From: an uncultured bacterium
Lineage (GTDB): Bacteria > Gemmatimonadota > Gemmatimonadetes > Gemmatimonadales > Gemmatimonadaceae
Length of the DNA: 64,000 nt
Assembly (NCBI GenBank): GCA_963978095.1
Contig: CAXBQP010000001.1
Coordinates: forward strand, 89,095 to 153,094
Reading direction: 5' to 3'
The notes under the pieces were generated by a model, which searched no databases, was not told the DNA's origin, and saw nothing but the letters and a program-made list of their open reading frames with translations. Of this stretch, positions 19,178 to 27,346 are shown in pieces (position 1 is the stretch's first letter; each line of letters opens with the position of its first letter). Position numbers and translations under genes: made by a program.

Positions 19178-20581
19178 TCAACGGCTACCACTGCGCGGCC
19201 CCGTGGGACCGCCGCTCGGCCCACCAGGCCGGCGCCCACCACCTCGCCTGCCAGACCCGCCACTGCCGCCGGAACCACCGCCACTGCGTCCACCACCGGC
19301 GCCTGCCCCGGAGCGACCAGATGGGAGACGCCCGCCACCACCGCTCTGTTCACGGCGCTTCGCCTTCTCCGCCGCCCGCGCCCGCTCCTGCGCCTTCCGG
19401 GCACGAATCTCCGCGATACGCTCGGCGAGCGGCACCTCCAGCTTCGCCGCAGGTTTTGCCGTGTAGTCGAAATCCGGTACGGTCACGCGCGGCAGGCGCT
19501 TGCCGATGGCTTTCTCGATGCTCCGCAGATCGTTCTCTTCGTCCGGCGCCACGAACGTGAACGCCTCGCCCGTGAGTTCCGCACGGGCGGTACGTCCGAC
19601 GCGATGGATGTAGTCTTCCGGCGCCGCCGGAACGTCGAGATTCACCACATGGCCGAGCGCTTCCACATCGATGCCGCGCGCGGCGATGTCGGTCGCCACC
19701 AGCACCCGATACGTGCCGTCCTTGAACCCGGCGAGCGCTGCGGTGCGAGCACTCTGCGAGCGGTTGCCATGGATGCGCTCGGCCTTGATGCCGTGCGTGA
19801 CCAGATACGAGGCGAGCCGATTCGCGCGATGCTTGGTCCGCGTGAAGACCAACGCCTCTTTCATGTCGCCGCGCTTGAGCAGCTCGAGCAACAGGGCCGA
19901 CTTCAGCTCGGCCGCCACCGGATAGACCGCCTGCGTGATGCCGACCGCCGGCGCTGACTGGCGTTCCACGTTGATCGTGGCCGGATTCAGCAACATCTCG
20001 CGCGAGAGTTGCGCGATGGCCGGCGGCATGGTGGCACTGAAGAACATCGTCTGCCGCTTGGCGGGAATGTGCCGGAGCACGCGGCGGATGTCGGGAAGGA
20101 AACCCATGTCGAGCATGCGGTCGGCTTCGTCGAGCACCAGGTACTCGAGCTTGTCGAGCTTGGCGTACGGCATTCGGAAATGGTCGAGCAGACGCCCCGG
20201 CGTCGCGACGAGAATGTCCACGCCACTCCGGAACGCATGCTCCTGCGGCCCCATCCCGACTCCGCCATAGACCGCGGCCGCCGTGAGCGGAGTGTGCAGC
20301 GAAACGTCCTGGATGTTCGCGAGCACCTGCGCCGCGAGTTCTCGCGTCGGGACCAGTACGAGCGCGCGCGTCGCGCCTCGGGGTCCCGTCATGAGGCGAT
20401 GGAGGATCGGAAGGGTGAACGCGGCCGTCTTGCCGCTGCCCGTCATGGCGCAGGCGAGCACGTCGCGGCCACCGATCGCCGGCGGGATGGCATCCTGCTG
20501 GATCTGCGTCGGCTTCACATAACCGACTTCCTTGATTCCACGAAGCAAATCGGGGTGCAACGACCACTGGGAGAACGACAA
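19178..20581 (-). CDS. DEAD-box ATP-dependent RNA helicase (RhlE-like) with RGG-rich C-terminal tail
   Basis: Q-motif 'YVKPTQIQ', 'AMTGSGKTAAF', 'VLDEADRMLDMGF', 'SAT' and 'HRVGRTARA'. The tail is 'GGGRSGGGSGGSGGSGRRGGGRRPGG'. The proposed start is TTG 20581 (LSFSQWSL..) behind GGAG. The longer track ORF to 21193 is antisense to the kinase gene. The start is uncertain. Confidence 0.8.
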   Translation of the reverse strand: MSFSQWSLHPDLLRGIKEVGYVKPTQIQQDAIPPAIGGRDVLACAMTGSGKTAAFTLPILHRLMTGPRGATRALVLVPTRELAAQVLANIQDVSLHTPLTAAAVYGGVGMGPQEHAFRSGVDILVATPGRLLDHFRMPYAKLDKLEYLVLDEADRMLDMGFLPDIRRVLRHIPAKRQTMFFSATMPPAIAQLSREMLLNPATINVERQSAPAVGITQAVYPVAAELKSALLLELLKRGDMKEALVFTRTKHRANRLASYLVTHGIKAERIHGNRSQSARTAALAGFKDGTYRVLVATDIAARGIDVEALGHVVNLDVPAAPEDYIHRVGRTARAELTGEAFTFVAPDEENDLRSIEKAIGKRLPRVTVPDFDYTAKPAAKLEVPLAERIAEIRARKAQERARAAEKAKRREQSGGGGRLPSGRSGAGAGGGRSGGGSGGSGGSGRRGGGRRPGGPSGGPTGPRSGSR

Positions 20582-20829
20582 CGGCAACTCCGGTCCTGGG
20601 CGCTGGCTTTCACCGGGAGGGGACCGCGGCGCCGCGCGGAATCCTCCTCCGTGAAGTATAGCCCCGTGCAGTCCTACGGTCGCGGTGCGCCGCGCGACGG
20701 TGGTCCTCCGCGTGGAGCCCCCCCTCCCCGCGTGCGAGACGGCAGAACCTGCTGCATCAGTCCCTCGGATCGTTCGGGAGGAAACCCTGCCCATCGGATT
20801 CCCGCAGGGGAGGGGGCCCATCAGTCGCG

Positions 20830-20847
20830 CCCAACGTCGACGTTGGG
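20830..20847. promoter_or_regulatory. Perfect 18-bp palindrome CCCAACGTCGACGTTGGG abutting a TAGTAT -10-like hexamer
   Basis: Read directly from the sequence. It lies in the helicase / kinase-regulator divergent intergenic region, 18 nt upstream of the proposed kinase start. Confidence 0.4.
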
Positions 20848-20864
20848 TAGTATTTCGAACGACC

Positions 20865-21578
20865 GTGTCCCATTCGCCTCTGCCACCCTCCGTCTCCCCC
20901 GATCCGGAAATCTCCGGACGACGCCTCCTCGCCGTGACCGAGGAGGAACTGCAACGGCTCGTGCTCGACGTGCACGACGGTCCGGTGCAGCACATCTTCG
21001 CGTCCCTGAGCCAACTCTCGCTCGTCCGCGCGCGGATCGCCGCCGTGCCCGAAGCGCTCGCGGCGGCCGAGCCGGGACTCGGGCATGCCGTGCACATGCT
21101 GGAACTCGCGCTGCTGGACCTGCGCGCCATGCTCACGGCGTTCCACGCCCCGGAGTTCGCCGACAAAGCTGTCGCGGAGATCGCCGAGGACATCGTGGTG
21201 CATCACGAGACACTGACGGGCGGCACCATCGAACTCCACATCAGTGACGAGGTGTCGGATCGCCCGATTCCCGTCATCGTCAAGATCGCCCTGTATCGGA
21301 TCCTGCAAGAAGCGCTCTCCAACATCCGCCGGCATGCCGGCGTGAACGATGGCGTCGTGCGCCTCACGCAGCAGAACGACCGGTTGCAGGTGCAGATCAC
21401 CGATGCCGGACGTGGCTTCGACCCGCCACCGCTCGCCGGACCGGACGCCACCGAACGGCAGACCCACATCGGACTCCGCGGCATGCGCGAACGTGCCGCC
21501 ATGGTCAACGGCAGCATCGCCGTGCGCTCACGCCGCGGCGAGGGCACGCAGGTCACCGTCACCCTTCCCCTCGCATGA
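20865..21578 (+). CDS. Sensor-less histidine kinase (HisKA_3 + HATPase_c)
   Basis: 'LVLDVHDGPVQHIFASL' H-box, 'LQEALSNIRRHA' N-box and 'GLRGMRERA'. Only ~25 aa precede the dimerisation domain. The start is proposed at in-frame GTG 20865 and is uncertain. Confidence 0.7.
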   Translation: MSHSPLPPSVSPDPEISGRRLLAVTEEELQRLVLDVHDGPVQHIFASLSQLSLVRARIAAVPEALAAAEPGLGHAVHMLELALLDLRAMLTAFHAPEFADKAVAEIAEDIVVHHETLTGGTIELHISDEVSDRPIPVIVKIALYRILQEALSNIRRHAGVNDGVVRLTQQNDRLQVQITDAGRGFDPPPLAGPDATERQTHIGLRGMRERAAMVNGSIAVRSRRGEGTQVTVTLPLA

Positions 21579-22198
21579 CTGCCCCCGCACCCATTCGCGT
21601 CGTCCTGGCGGACGACCATGCGCTCGTTCTCGAGGGACTCCGCAACCTTCTGGCTGCCGAACCGGGCGTCGAGATCCTCGCCACCGCCACCGACGGCGCC
21701 GAAGCGCTGGACGCCGTGCGCCGCTATGCACCGGACGTCCTGATCCTGGATTACCAGATGACGGTCATGGGGGGCATCGCCTGCCTGCACCGCATCCGCG
21801 AAGAACAACTCCCGGTCCGCGTCCTGATGCTCTCCGCCTTCGGTGACGCCCACGCCATGCGCACGGCGGTCGAGGGAGGTGCCGACGGCTTCGCCCTCAA
21901 GACCGATTCACCGATCGCGACCATCGCCGCCATACGGCAGGTCGCCGCGGGACAGCTGGTCTTCCCGCAAGCGGCCCGTCGGTGGCTCTCCCCTTCAGCG
22001 CCGCCGGAAAACGACGCGCTCACCGAACGCGAGGAGAAAGTGCTCGCGCTGGTCGCCGAGGGCGCCGGCAATGCGCATATCGCCAAGACGCTCCACCTCA
22101 GCGAGAGCACGGTAAAGTTCCACCTCCGCAATCTGTTCGCGAAACTCGGCGTGTCCAACCGCACCGAGGCCGCTGCCCGATACCATCGTCGCGGCTGA
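21575..22198 (+). CDS. NarL/LuxR family response regulator
   Basis: 'IRVVLADDHALV' receiver and a C-terminal 'LTEREEKVLALVAEGAGNAHIAKTLHLSESTVKFHLRN' HTH. ATGA overlap with the kinase stop. Confidence 0.9.
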   Translation: MTAPAPIRVVLADDHALVLEGLRNLLAAEPGVEILATATDGAEALDAVRRYAPDVLILDYQMTVMGGIACLHRIREEQLPVRVLMLSAFGDAHAMRTAVEGGADGFALKTDSPIATIAAIRQVAAGQLVFPQAARRWLSPSAPPENDALTEREEKVLALVAEGAGNAHIAKTLHLSESTVKFHLRNLFAKLGVSNRTEAAARYHRRG

Positions 22199-22223
22199 CG
22201 GACCGCGTCCCGTCAGCGCCCCG

Positions 22224-23051
22224 TCAGCGCCCCGCCCGCGCGGCCAGGAACGGATCCCAGAACCCGGGATCGATGCGCACCGACAGGATCGCCAGCTCCA
22301 ACACCGCGAGTGCACAGAGCACCGCGAGCATCGCCGCCTCCTGCCGCGCCGCCTCGGTCGCCGCGATGCGCGAGCGCCGCACCAGCATCGCGCTGCCGAC
22401 CGCGCAACCGGCCATGCCCACGAACACGAACGGCGCGTTGTGAGGCGGACCGAAGAACTGACGCAAATGCGCGAGATGCGGTGGCAGGAAGTTCCCCGCC
22501 GGATTCTCCACACCGAAGAAGACCGCCAACTTCGCGATTTGCTGCATTCCCCAGAACGTGAGCACGCCGTTCGCCCCGGCCTTGTTCGGGGCCCGAACCA
22601 CCACGAGGTAGGCCAGCGCGATGCACGCCAGCGCCGTCAGGTCGCTGAAGATCGTCGCGCGGACGGCGAGCAGGGCTGATGCCCACGAGGGGACGAGGAA
22701 CGGGGACACCGCATCCGCCGTCGGCGCGATGCCGATGATCCACCCGCCATAGAACGTCACCGACACCCACCCCCAGATGACCGCCCCGCCAAGAAAGCTG
22801 CGCCGCGCCGACAGCGCACGGGTGTCGTGCCGGCCGCTCCAGATTTCCCAATAGCCGGCACACATGAGCCACGTCGCGGTCATCAGCGCGAGAAACCGCG
22901 TCGGTGCGCTGCGCTGCATGGCGATGATCAGACCCGTCGCCAACCACCAGAACCCGACGACCGTCCCGATCGCCCGCACGAAGAGGCTGCGCCCACCGGC
23001 CGGTACGACGCCCGAAACCTCATGCGCCGCCCCACGCGCCTCCGTCGTCAC
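22224..23051 (-). CDS. puhE: Putative photosynthetic complex assembly protein PuhE (DUF3623-like polytopic membrane protein)
   Basis: 275-aa multi-TM protein. 'VGFWWLATGLII' resembles the PuhE N-terminal signature as I recall it. GTGA overlap with the bchD stop. The call rests on recollection and context. Confidence 0.55.
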   Translation of the reverse strand: MTTEARGAAHEVSGVVPAGGRSLFVRAIGTVVGFWWLATGLIIAMQRSAPTRFLALMTATWLMCAGYWEIWSGRHDTRALSARRSFLGGAVIWGWVSVTFYGGWIIGIAPTADAVSPFLVPSWASALLAVRATIFSDLTALACIALAYLVVVRAPNKAGANGVLTFWGMQQIAKLAVFFGVENPAGNFLPPHLAHLRQFFGPPHNAPFVFVGMAGCAVGSAMLVRRSRIAATEAARQEAAMLAVLCALAVLELAILSVRIDPGFWDPFLAARAGR

Positions 23052-24799
23052 GCCCCCGCCCCCCCGGGCAACACGCCGGACCCGCGCACCGCATGGCTGA
23101 TGGCCCGCGCGTCGCTATTCGGCAACGGCACATACCGCGCGCGCATCGCCTCAGCCAAGGTGGCCGCAAACGCCGAGGGACGGGGCGAGGTGTCCAGCAG
23201 GATCGCCGGTACGCTCATCGTCGTGAACGCGCGCGCCGACGCCAGCGCATCCTGCTCCGCCAACGGCCGCCCACCACTGCCATCGCGCGCGACATTGGCA
23301 CGCGCATCGGTCAGGAAGACGACCGCCGCCTCCTGACCCGAGCGCCGCGCGAGCAACGCCTGCTCCCGCGCGACATCGATCGCCGTCGCCAGCGGCGTAC
23401 CACCGCCACCCGGCAACGCGGCCAAGGCCCGCTTGGCCGCGGCGATCGCACGCGTCGGGGCGAGCAACACGTCTGCCGTCTTGCCGCGAAACGCGATCAA
23501 ACTCACCAAATCCCGGCGCGCATACGACTCGCCCAAGAGCAGTTCCACCGCCCCTTTCGCCTCGGCCAACCGGTTCAGCGCCGACGAACCCGACGCATCG
23601 ACGACGAATATCACCGTCGTGCCGTTGCGTTCGACATAGCGTCGCAGCCGAAAATCGTCGGGACGTATCTGCAAGCTCGTTCGTGACGCCGACGGCACCA
23701 ACCGCCGCCGGACCTCTTGCCAAGGCGCGGCAGCACGGACCGTCTCCAGTACGTCCAGACGTCCCCCGCTCCGCGGATCGCCGCGTCGGGTCCCCACGCG
23801 TCGGCCACGCTGCTGCGTCGCCCGCTCGGCGCCCGCCTTCCCCGAACTCGCCGCGGCCTGGCGATCCCGGCGGTCCTGCATCGCGAGCAAGGCCGCGGGC
23901 AGCACCGCTGCCATGACCTCCACGGTCAGGTCATCGAGCTCCCGGACGTCGTGGTCCCCCTCCGCCGGCTCCTCCGGTGGCGTGTCCGCATCGGGCGGCG
24001 GCGGGGGCTCTGAAGGAGGGGGCGGGGGCAACGGATCGTCCGCCGGGATCCGTGTCGCGCGTGGCCCGATCACCAGCGCGCAGGCGAGTTCGAGATCCTC
24101 CGGCGACACTCGCGTCCGACCGTCCAGGGCGGCCGCTGCGCGCGCGGCGCGCACGGCGAACACCATCGCCCGCATCGAATCCACCCCGTGCGCGAGTGCC
24201 ACCTGTACCACCGCCCCCGGCATCGCGGGGTCCATCGTGACCTGCTTCAGCGCCGCGCGTGCCGTCAGGACCTCGGCGCGCGTGAGCAGCGCGTCCGACG
24301 GTGTGTCGCCGACTATGTGATGAAACGCGAGACGGTCGGCCAGCGCTGCCAGCACGGGCTCGTCGGGCTCCCCTTCGTCGATCGCGATCAGGAGCAACTC
24401 CGCGGGCGCCCCGGTGCCGAACGATCGCGGCGTCATCACGCGTCCCGAGTCGAGCACCGCCGACAGCCGCGACACGAGCCCTGACGATGCCCGCTCCGCC
24501 ATCGGCAGCACCACCACGCCCCCATGCGCCGATGCGAGCACCCCCCGCTCCTCGACCGGCCGCGATGCCGCAAGCGTTGCCGCCAGATCGAGACCGCCGA
24601 GCAAGCGATCATCGCCGATGGTCACGGGCAGCCGTCGCACGGGGGCGCCCTCCGGCAACAACGCGGCCAACAGCGACACCCACCGACGCGCATGGTCCGG
24701 GGACGGCGCCCGCACCAGGGCACCGCCCAGCCCGACGGGGTCCACCGCCAACAGCGCCGCGACCGTCACGCCGCGCGTGTCCACATCGTCGCCGCGCAC
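23048..24799 (-). CDS. bchD: Magnesium chelatase subunit D
   Basis: N-terminal degenerate AAA module, Pro/acidic linker 'PPPPPSEPPPPPDADTPPEEPAEGD' and a C-terminal VWA with 'VIFVVDASGS'. GTG start 3 nt after the bchI stop. Confidence 0.9.
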   Translation of the reverse strand: MRGDDVDTRGVTVAALLAVDPVGLGGALVRAPSPDHARRWVSLLAALLPEGAPVRRLPVTIGDDRLLGGLDLAATLAASRPVEERGVLASAHGGVVVLPMAERASSGLVSRLSAVLDSGRVMTPRSFGTGAPAELLLIAIDEGEPDEPVLAALADRLAFHHIVGDTPSDALLTRAEVLTARAALKQVTMDPAMPGAVVQVALAHGVDSMRAMVFAVRAARAAAALDGRTRVSPEDLELACALVIGPRATRIPADDPLPPPPPSEPPPPPDADTPPEEPAEGDHDVRELDDLTVEVMAAVLPAALLAMQDRRDRQAAASSGKAGAERATQQRGRRVGTRRGDPRSGGRLDVLETVRAAAPWQEVRRRLVPSASRTSLQIRPDDFRLRRYVERNGTTVIFVVDASGSSALNRLAEAKGAVELLLGESYARRDLVSLIAFRGKTADVLLAPTRAIAAAKRALAALPGGGGTPLATAIDVAREQALLARRSGQEAAVVFLTDARANVARDGSGGRPLAEQDALASARAFTTMSVPAILLDTSPRPSAFAATLAEAMRARYVPLPNSDARAISHAVRGSGVLPGGAGA

Positions 24800-24802
24800 G
24801 CG

Positions 24803-25831
24803 CTAGGCGCCGTAGCAGTCCGCGATCGCCCGCAGCACGCGAGCCGTCGAGCCGACATCGTCCAAAGGGTTCCGCCGCAACCGATGCCGCAGCGCTTCCG
24901 GCGCGATCGCGCGCAGATGCTCCAAGGTCACCTCTTTCTTTCCCTCCAGCGCGGCCCATGCCCGCGACGCCCGGAGCAGGGAGAGCTCGCCTCGCAGCCC
25001 GTCGGTGCCCAGTCGCGTGCACAACTCCGCCGCCCGCGCGAGCACCGCATCGGGCACCGCGACGTCGTGCACGCGCTTCCGCGCCCGCTCGAGGTGACGG
25101 CGGACCTTGCCATCCTCCTCCGCCCACTGCGCCACGAACCCCTCCGGGTCCCGGTCGAAGGCATCGCGACGACGCACCACCTCGATGCGCTGCGCGACCT
25201 CGTTGACCGTGCTCACCTCGCACGACAAGCCGAAGCGATCGAGCAACTGTGGACGCAGATCCCCCTCCTCGGGATTTCCGCTGCCCACGAGCACGAACCG
25301 CGCCGGATGCCGGATCGAGATCCCTTCCCGCTCCACGACGTTCTCCCCGGTCGCGGCCACGTCGAGCAGGAGGTCCACCAGGTGGTCCTCCAGCAGGTTG
25401 ATCTCATCCACGTACAGAAACCCGCGATGGGCGCGCGCCAGGAGGCCCGGCTCGAAGGCTTTTTCGCCCCGCGTCAGCGCGCGCTCCAAATCCAGTGCGC
25501 CCACCACCCGATCCTCCGTGGCTCCGAGGGGCAAGTCCACGACCGGCACCGGCACCTTCGACGCCCGGAGGCGCTCGCCGGCGGCGAGCTGGGCGCGGCA
25601 GTCGACGCACGCCGATCCTCCGGCATCCGGCGCACAGCCGTAGCGACACCCCTCGACCACCGCCATCGATGGGAGCAAGGCCGGCAGCGCGCGCACCACC
25701 GTCGACTTCGCCGTGCCACGGTGGCCGAGGATCAGGACGCCACCGATCGCGGGATCCACGGTCGCGAGCAGGATCGCCCGCTTCATCGCTTCCTGCCCTA
25801 CGATCGCCGAAAACGGAAAAACCGGTCGCAC
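24803..25831 (-). CDS. bchI: Magnesium chelatase ATPase subunit I
   Basis: '[15 protein letters not shown]', Walker A 'GHRGTAKST', 'LYVDEINLL' and '[17 protein letters not shown]'. Start proposed at GTG 25831, preceded by GGAAGGGG. The in-frame ATGs at 25912 and 25957 would place coding sequence across the PpsR operators and both divergent promoters. The start is uncertain. Confidence 0.85.
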   Translation of the reverse strand: MRPVFPFSAIVGQEAMKRAILLATVDPAIGGVLILGHRGTAKSTVVRALPALLPSMAVVEGCRYGCAPDAGGSACVDCRAQLAAGERLRASKVPVPVVDLPLGATEDRVVGALDLERALTRGEKAFEPGLLARAHRGFLYVDEINLLEDHLVDLLLDVAATGENVVEREGISIRHPARFVLVGSGNPEEGDLRPQLLDRFGLSCEVSTVNEVAQRIEVVRRRDAFDRDPEGFVAQWAEEDGKVRRHLERARKRVHDVAVPDAVLARAAELCTRLGTDGLRGELSLLRASRAWAALEGKKEVTLEHLRAIAPEALRHRLRRNPLDDVGSTARVLRAIADCYGA

Positions 25832-25880
25832 TGGCCCCTTCCGGTTGAAGTCGAAGTCACAGTCCGTGAGTTGGTGGGTT

Positions 25881-25967
25881 AGTCTATAGTTGAGGCGGCG
25901 GTGTCGCAACATCCTGACACTTTCTTTGTCCCTCTCTCTTGACACAACGCGCGCCATGCCCTAATCT
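25881..25967. promoter_or_regulatory. Back-to-back bchI / crtF promoters with a tandem PpsR/CrtJ-type operator pair
   Basis: Operators TGTCGCAACATCCTGACA (25902-25919) and TGTCCCTCTCTCTTGACA (25927-25944) are separated by 7 bp. The plus strand reads TTGACA(25939-44)-N17-TAATCT(25962-67). The minus strand reads TTGCGA (complement of 25904-09)-N17-TAGACT (complement of 25881-86). Confidence 0.65.
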
Positions 25968-26032
25968 CGGTCGAGACTACGCGGGCCCACGTTCCACGCC
26001 CTCCACTCTGCACCTGAGAGTTCTTGACCGCG

Positions 26033-27208
26033 ATGGGCGTCCGGGAGTCGATGCTTAATGGCGTAAGCGTCAGCATTCCAAGCGCTGACCTGCCACTGAC
26101 CTTGTCCGACCGCTGGCTGGCGTGGCGGGACCGGATTCAAGGCAGCGAGCGATTTCAGCGATGGGCCGCGTCGTTCCCCCTGACCCGCCCCATCGCGCTC
26201 GCCCGCTCGCGCGCCCTCTTCGATCTCACCGCTGGGTTCGTCTACACACAGACGCTCACCGCCTGCGTCCAGATCGGACTGTTCGAGTTCCTCGCGGAAA
26301 AGCCCCGGACCTTGGCCGAGGTGGCCAACCACGCCAGCCTCCCGCTTGAGGAGACGGGGCGTCTGCTGCGGGCCGCCATGGCCCTCAAGCTGGTCCAGGA
26401 GCGCTCGCATAAGCGATTCGGCAACGGCCCGCTGGGCGCGCCGATGATCGGGAACACGGCGCTCCACCGGATGATCGAACACAACGCGCTCCTCTACAAC
26501 GATCTGCGCAACCCGGTCGAGATGCTCCGGAGCGCCGGCCCGCGCAATCGGCTCGTGCTCGATGCCTTTCCCTACACGAGCGTTGCCAACCCCGAGACCT
26601 TCCAGCGCAGCGTCGTCGAAGAATACTCGCGGCTTATGGCCGACACCGTCGAGCCGATCGCGCGCGAACTCCTCGACACCTACCCGCTGGACGGGGTCAC
26701 CTCACTGCTCGACATCGGCGGAGGCGAAGGGTCCTTCTGCGCCGCGGTCGCCGCTCGGTACCTGGACATCAAACTCGGCCTCTTCGACCTCCCCGCCGTC
26801 ATCGAGGGGGCCCGGCCTCGACTCGAGAAGCTGGGCGTCGAAGGTCGGGTCACCTGCCATGGCGGGAACTTTCACGCCGATACGCTTCCGCAAGGGCACC
26901 AGATCATCACCCTGCTGCGCGTGCTGCTGGACCACGACGACACCGCGGTCCTCAAGCTCTTGCAGAAGGTGCGTGGCGCGGTCGCGCGTGGGGGGCGAGT
27001 CCTGATCGTCGAGCCGTTCGCCGGCGTCCCCGGCGCCGAAGTGGTGGGTGACGTCTATTTCGGCTTCTACCTGCGGGCCATGGGACGCGGGCGGGCGCGG
27101 ACCATCGACGAACTCCGCACCCTGCTGTCCGCGGCTGGCTTCTCGTCGGTCCGGGTGGTGAAAACACGCTATCCCGTCTACGCGGGCATGTTGGTGGCGG
27201 AGCCCTAG
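26033..27208 (+). CDS. crtF: Carotenoid O-methyltransferase CrtF (hydroxyneurosporene/demethylspheroidene type)
   Basis: 'FQRWAASFPLTRPIALARSRALFDLTAGFVY' is a CrtF-type N-terminus. SAM motif 'LLDIGGGEG'. It sits in the canonical position upstream of bchC. TTG 26024 is an alternative start. Confidence 0.8.
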   Translation: MGVRESMLNGVSVSIPSADLPLTLSDRWLAWRDRIQGSERFQRWAASFPLTRPIALARSRALFDLTAGFVYTQTLTACVQIGLFEFLAEKPRTLAEVANHASLPLEETGRLLRAAMALKLVQERSHKRFGNGPLGAPMIGNTALHRMIEHNALLYNDLRNPVEMLRSAGPRNRLVLDAFPYTSVANPETFQRSVVEEYSRLMADTVEPIARELLDTYPLDGVTSLLDIGGGEGSFCAAVAARYLDIKLGLFDLPAVIEGARPRLEKLGVEGRVTCHGGNFHADTLPQGHQIITLLRVLLDHDDTAVLKLLQKVRGAVARGGRVLIVEPFAGVPGAEVVGDVYFGFYLRAMGRGRARTIDELRTLLSAAGFSSVRVVKTRYPVYAGMLVAEP

Positions 27209-27279
27209 CCCCGCGCGACTCGCCACCCGCTGATCTCGGCTCTAGCACGCTCCACCAGAACGACGTAGTATTGAATGTC

Positions 27280-27323
27280 TGTCAGCTTTTTGAGACGATT
27301 TTTATTGTAAGCGTTTGTTTACA
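27280..27323. promoter_or_regulatory. Tandem PpsR/CrtJ-type operators in an AT-rich island upstream of bchC
   Basis: TGTCAGCTTTTTGAGACG (27280-97, imperfect) is followed after 8 bp by TGTAAGCGTTTGTTTACA (27306-23, a perfect TGT-N12-ACA with TGTAA/TTACA arms). -35-like TTGAAT and TTGAGA hexamers lie nearby. Confidence 0.65.
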
Positions 27324-27346
27324 TCGCTCGCCCATCCAGGAGTGCT

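Noticed and set aside
22209-22234. 11-bp tandem direct repeat (CCCGTCAGCGC x2, plus a partial third copy) at the puhE stop and the convergent junction with the response regulator gene.
   Set aside because: It is a tiny slipped-strand-type duplication. It is too short to be a CRISPR or a mobile-element end, and I can find no function beyond carrying the stop codon.
25912-25957. Upstream in-frame ATGs as bchI start codons.
   Set aside because: They would put coding sequence over both PpsR operators and both predicted promoters, and neither has an SD. I kept them as alternatives in the bchI evidence because the GTG 25831 start leaves an unusually short N-terminus.
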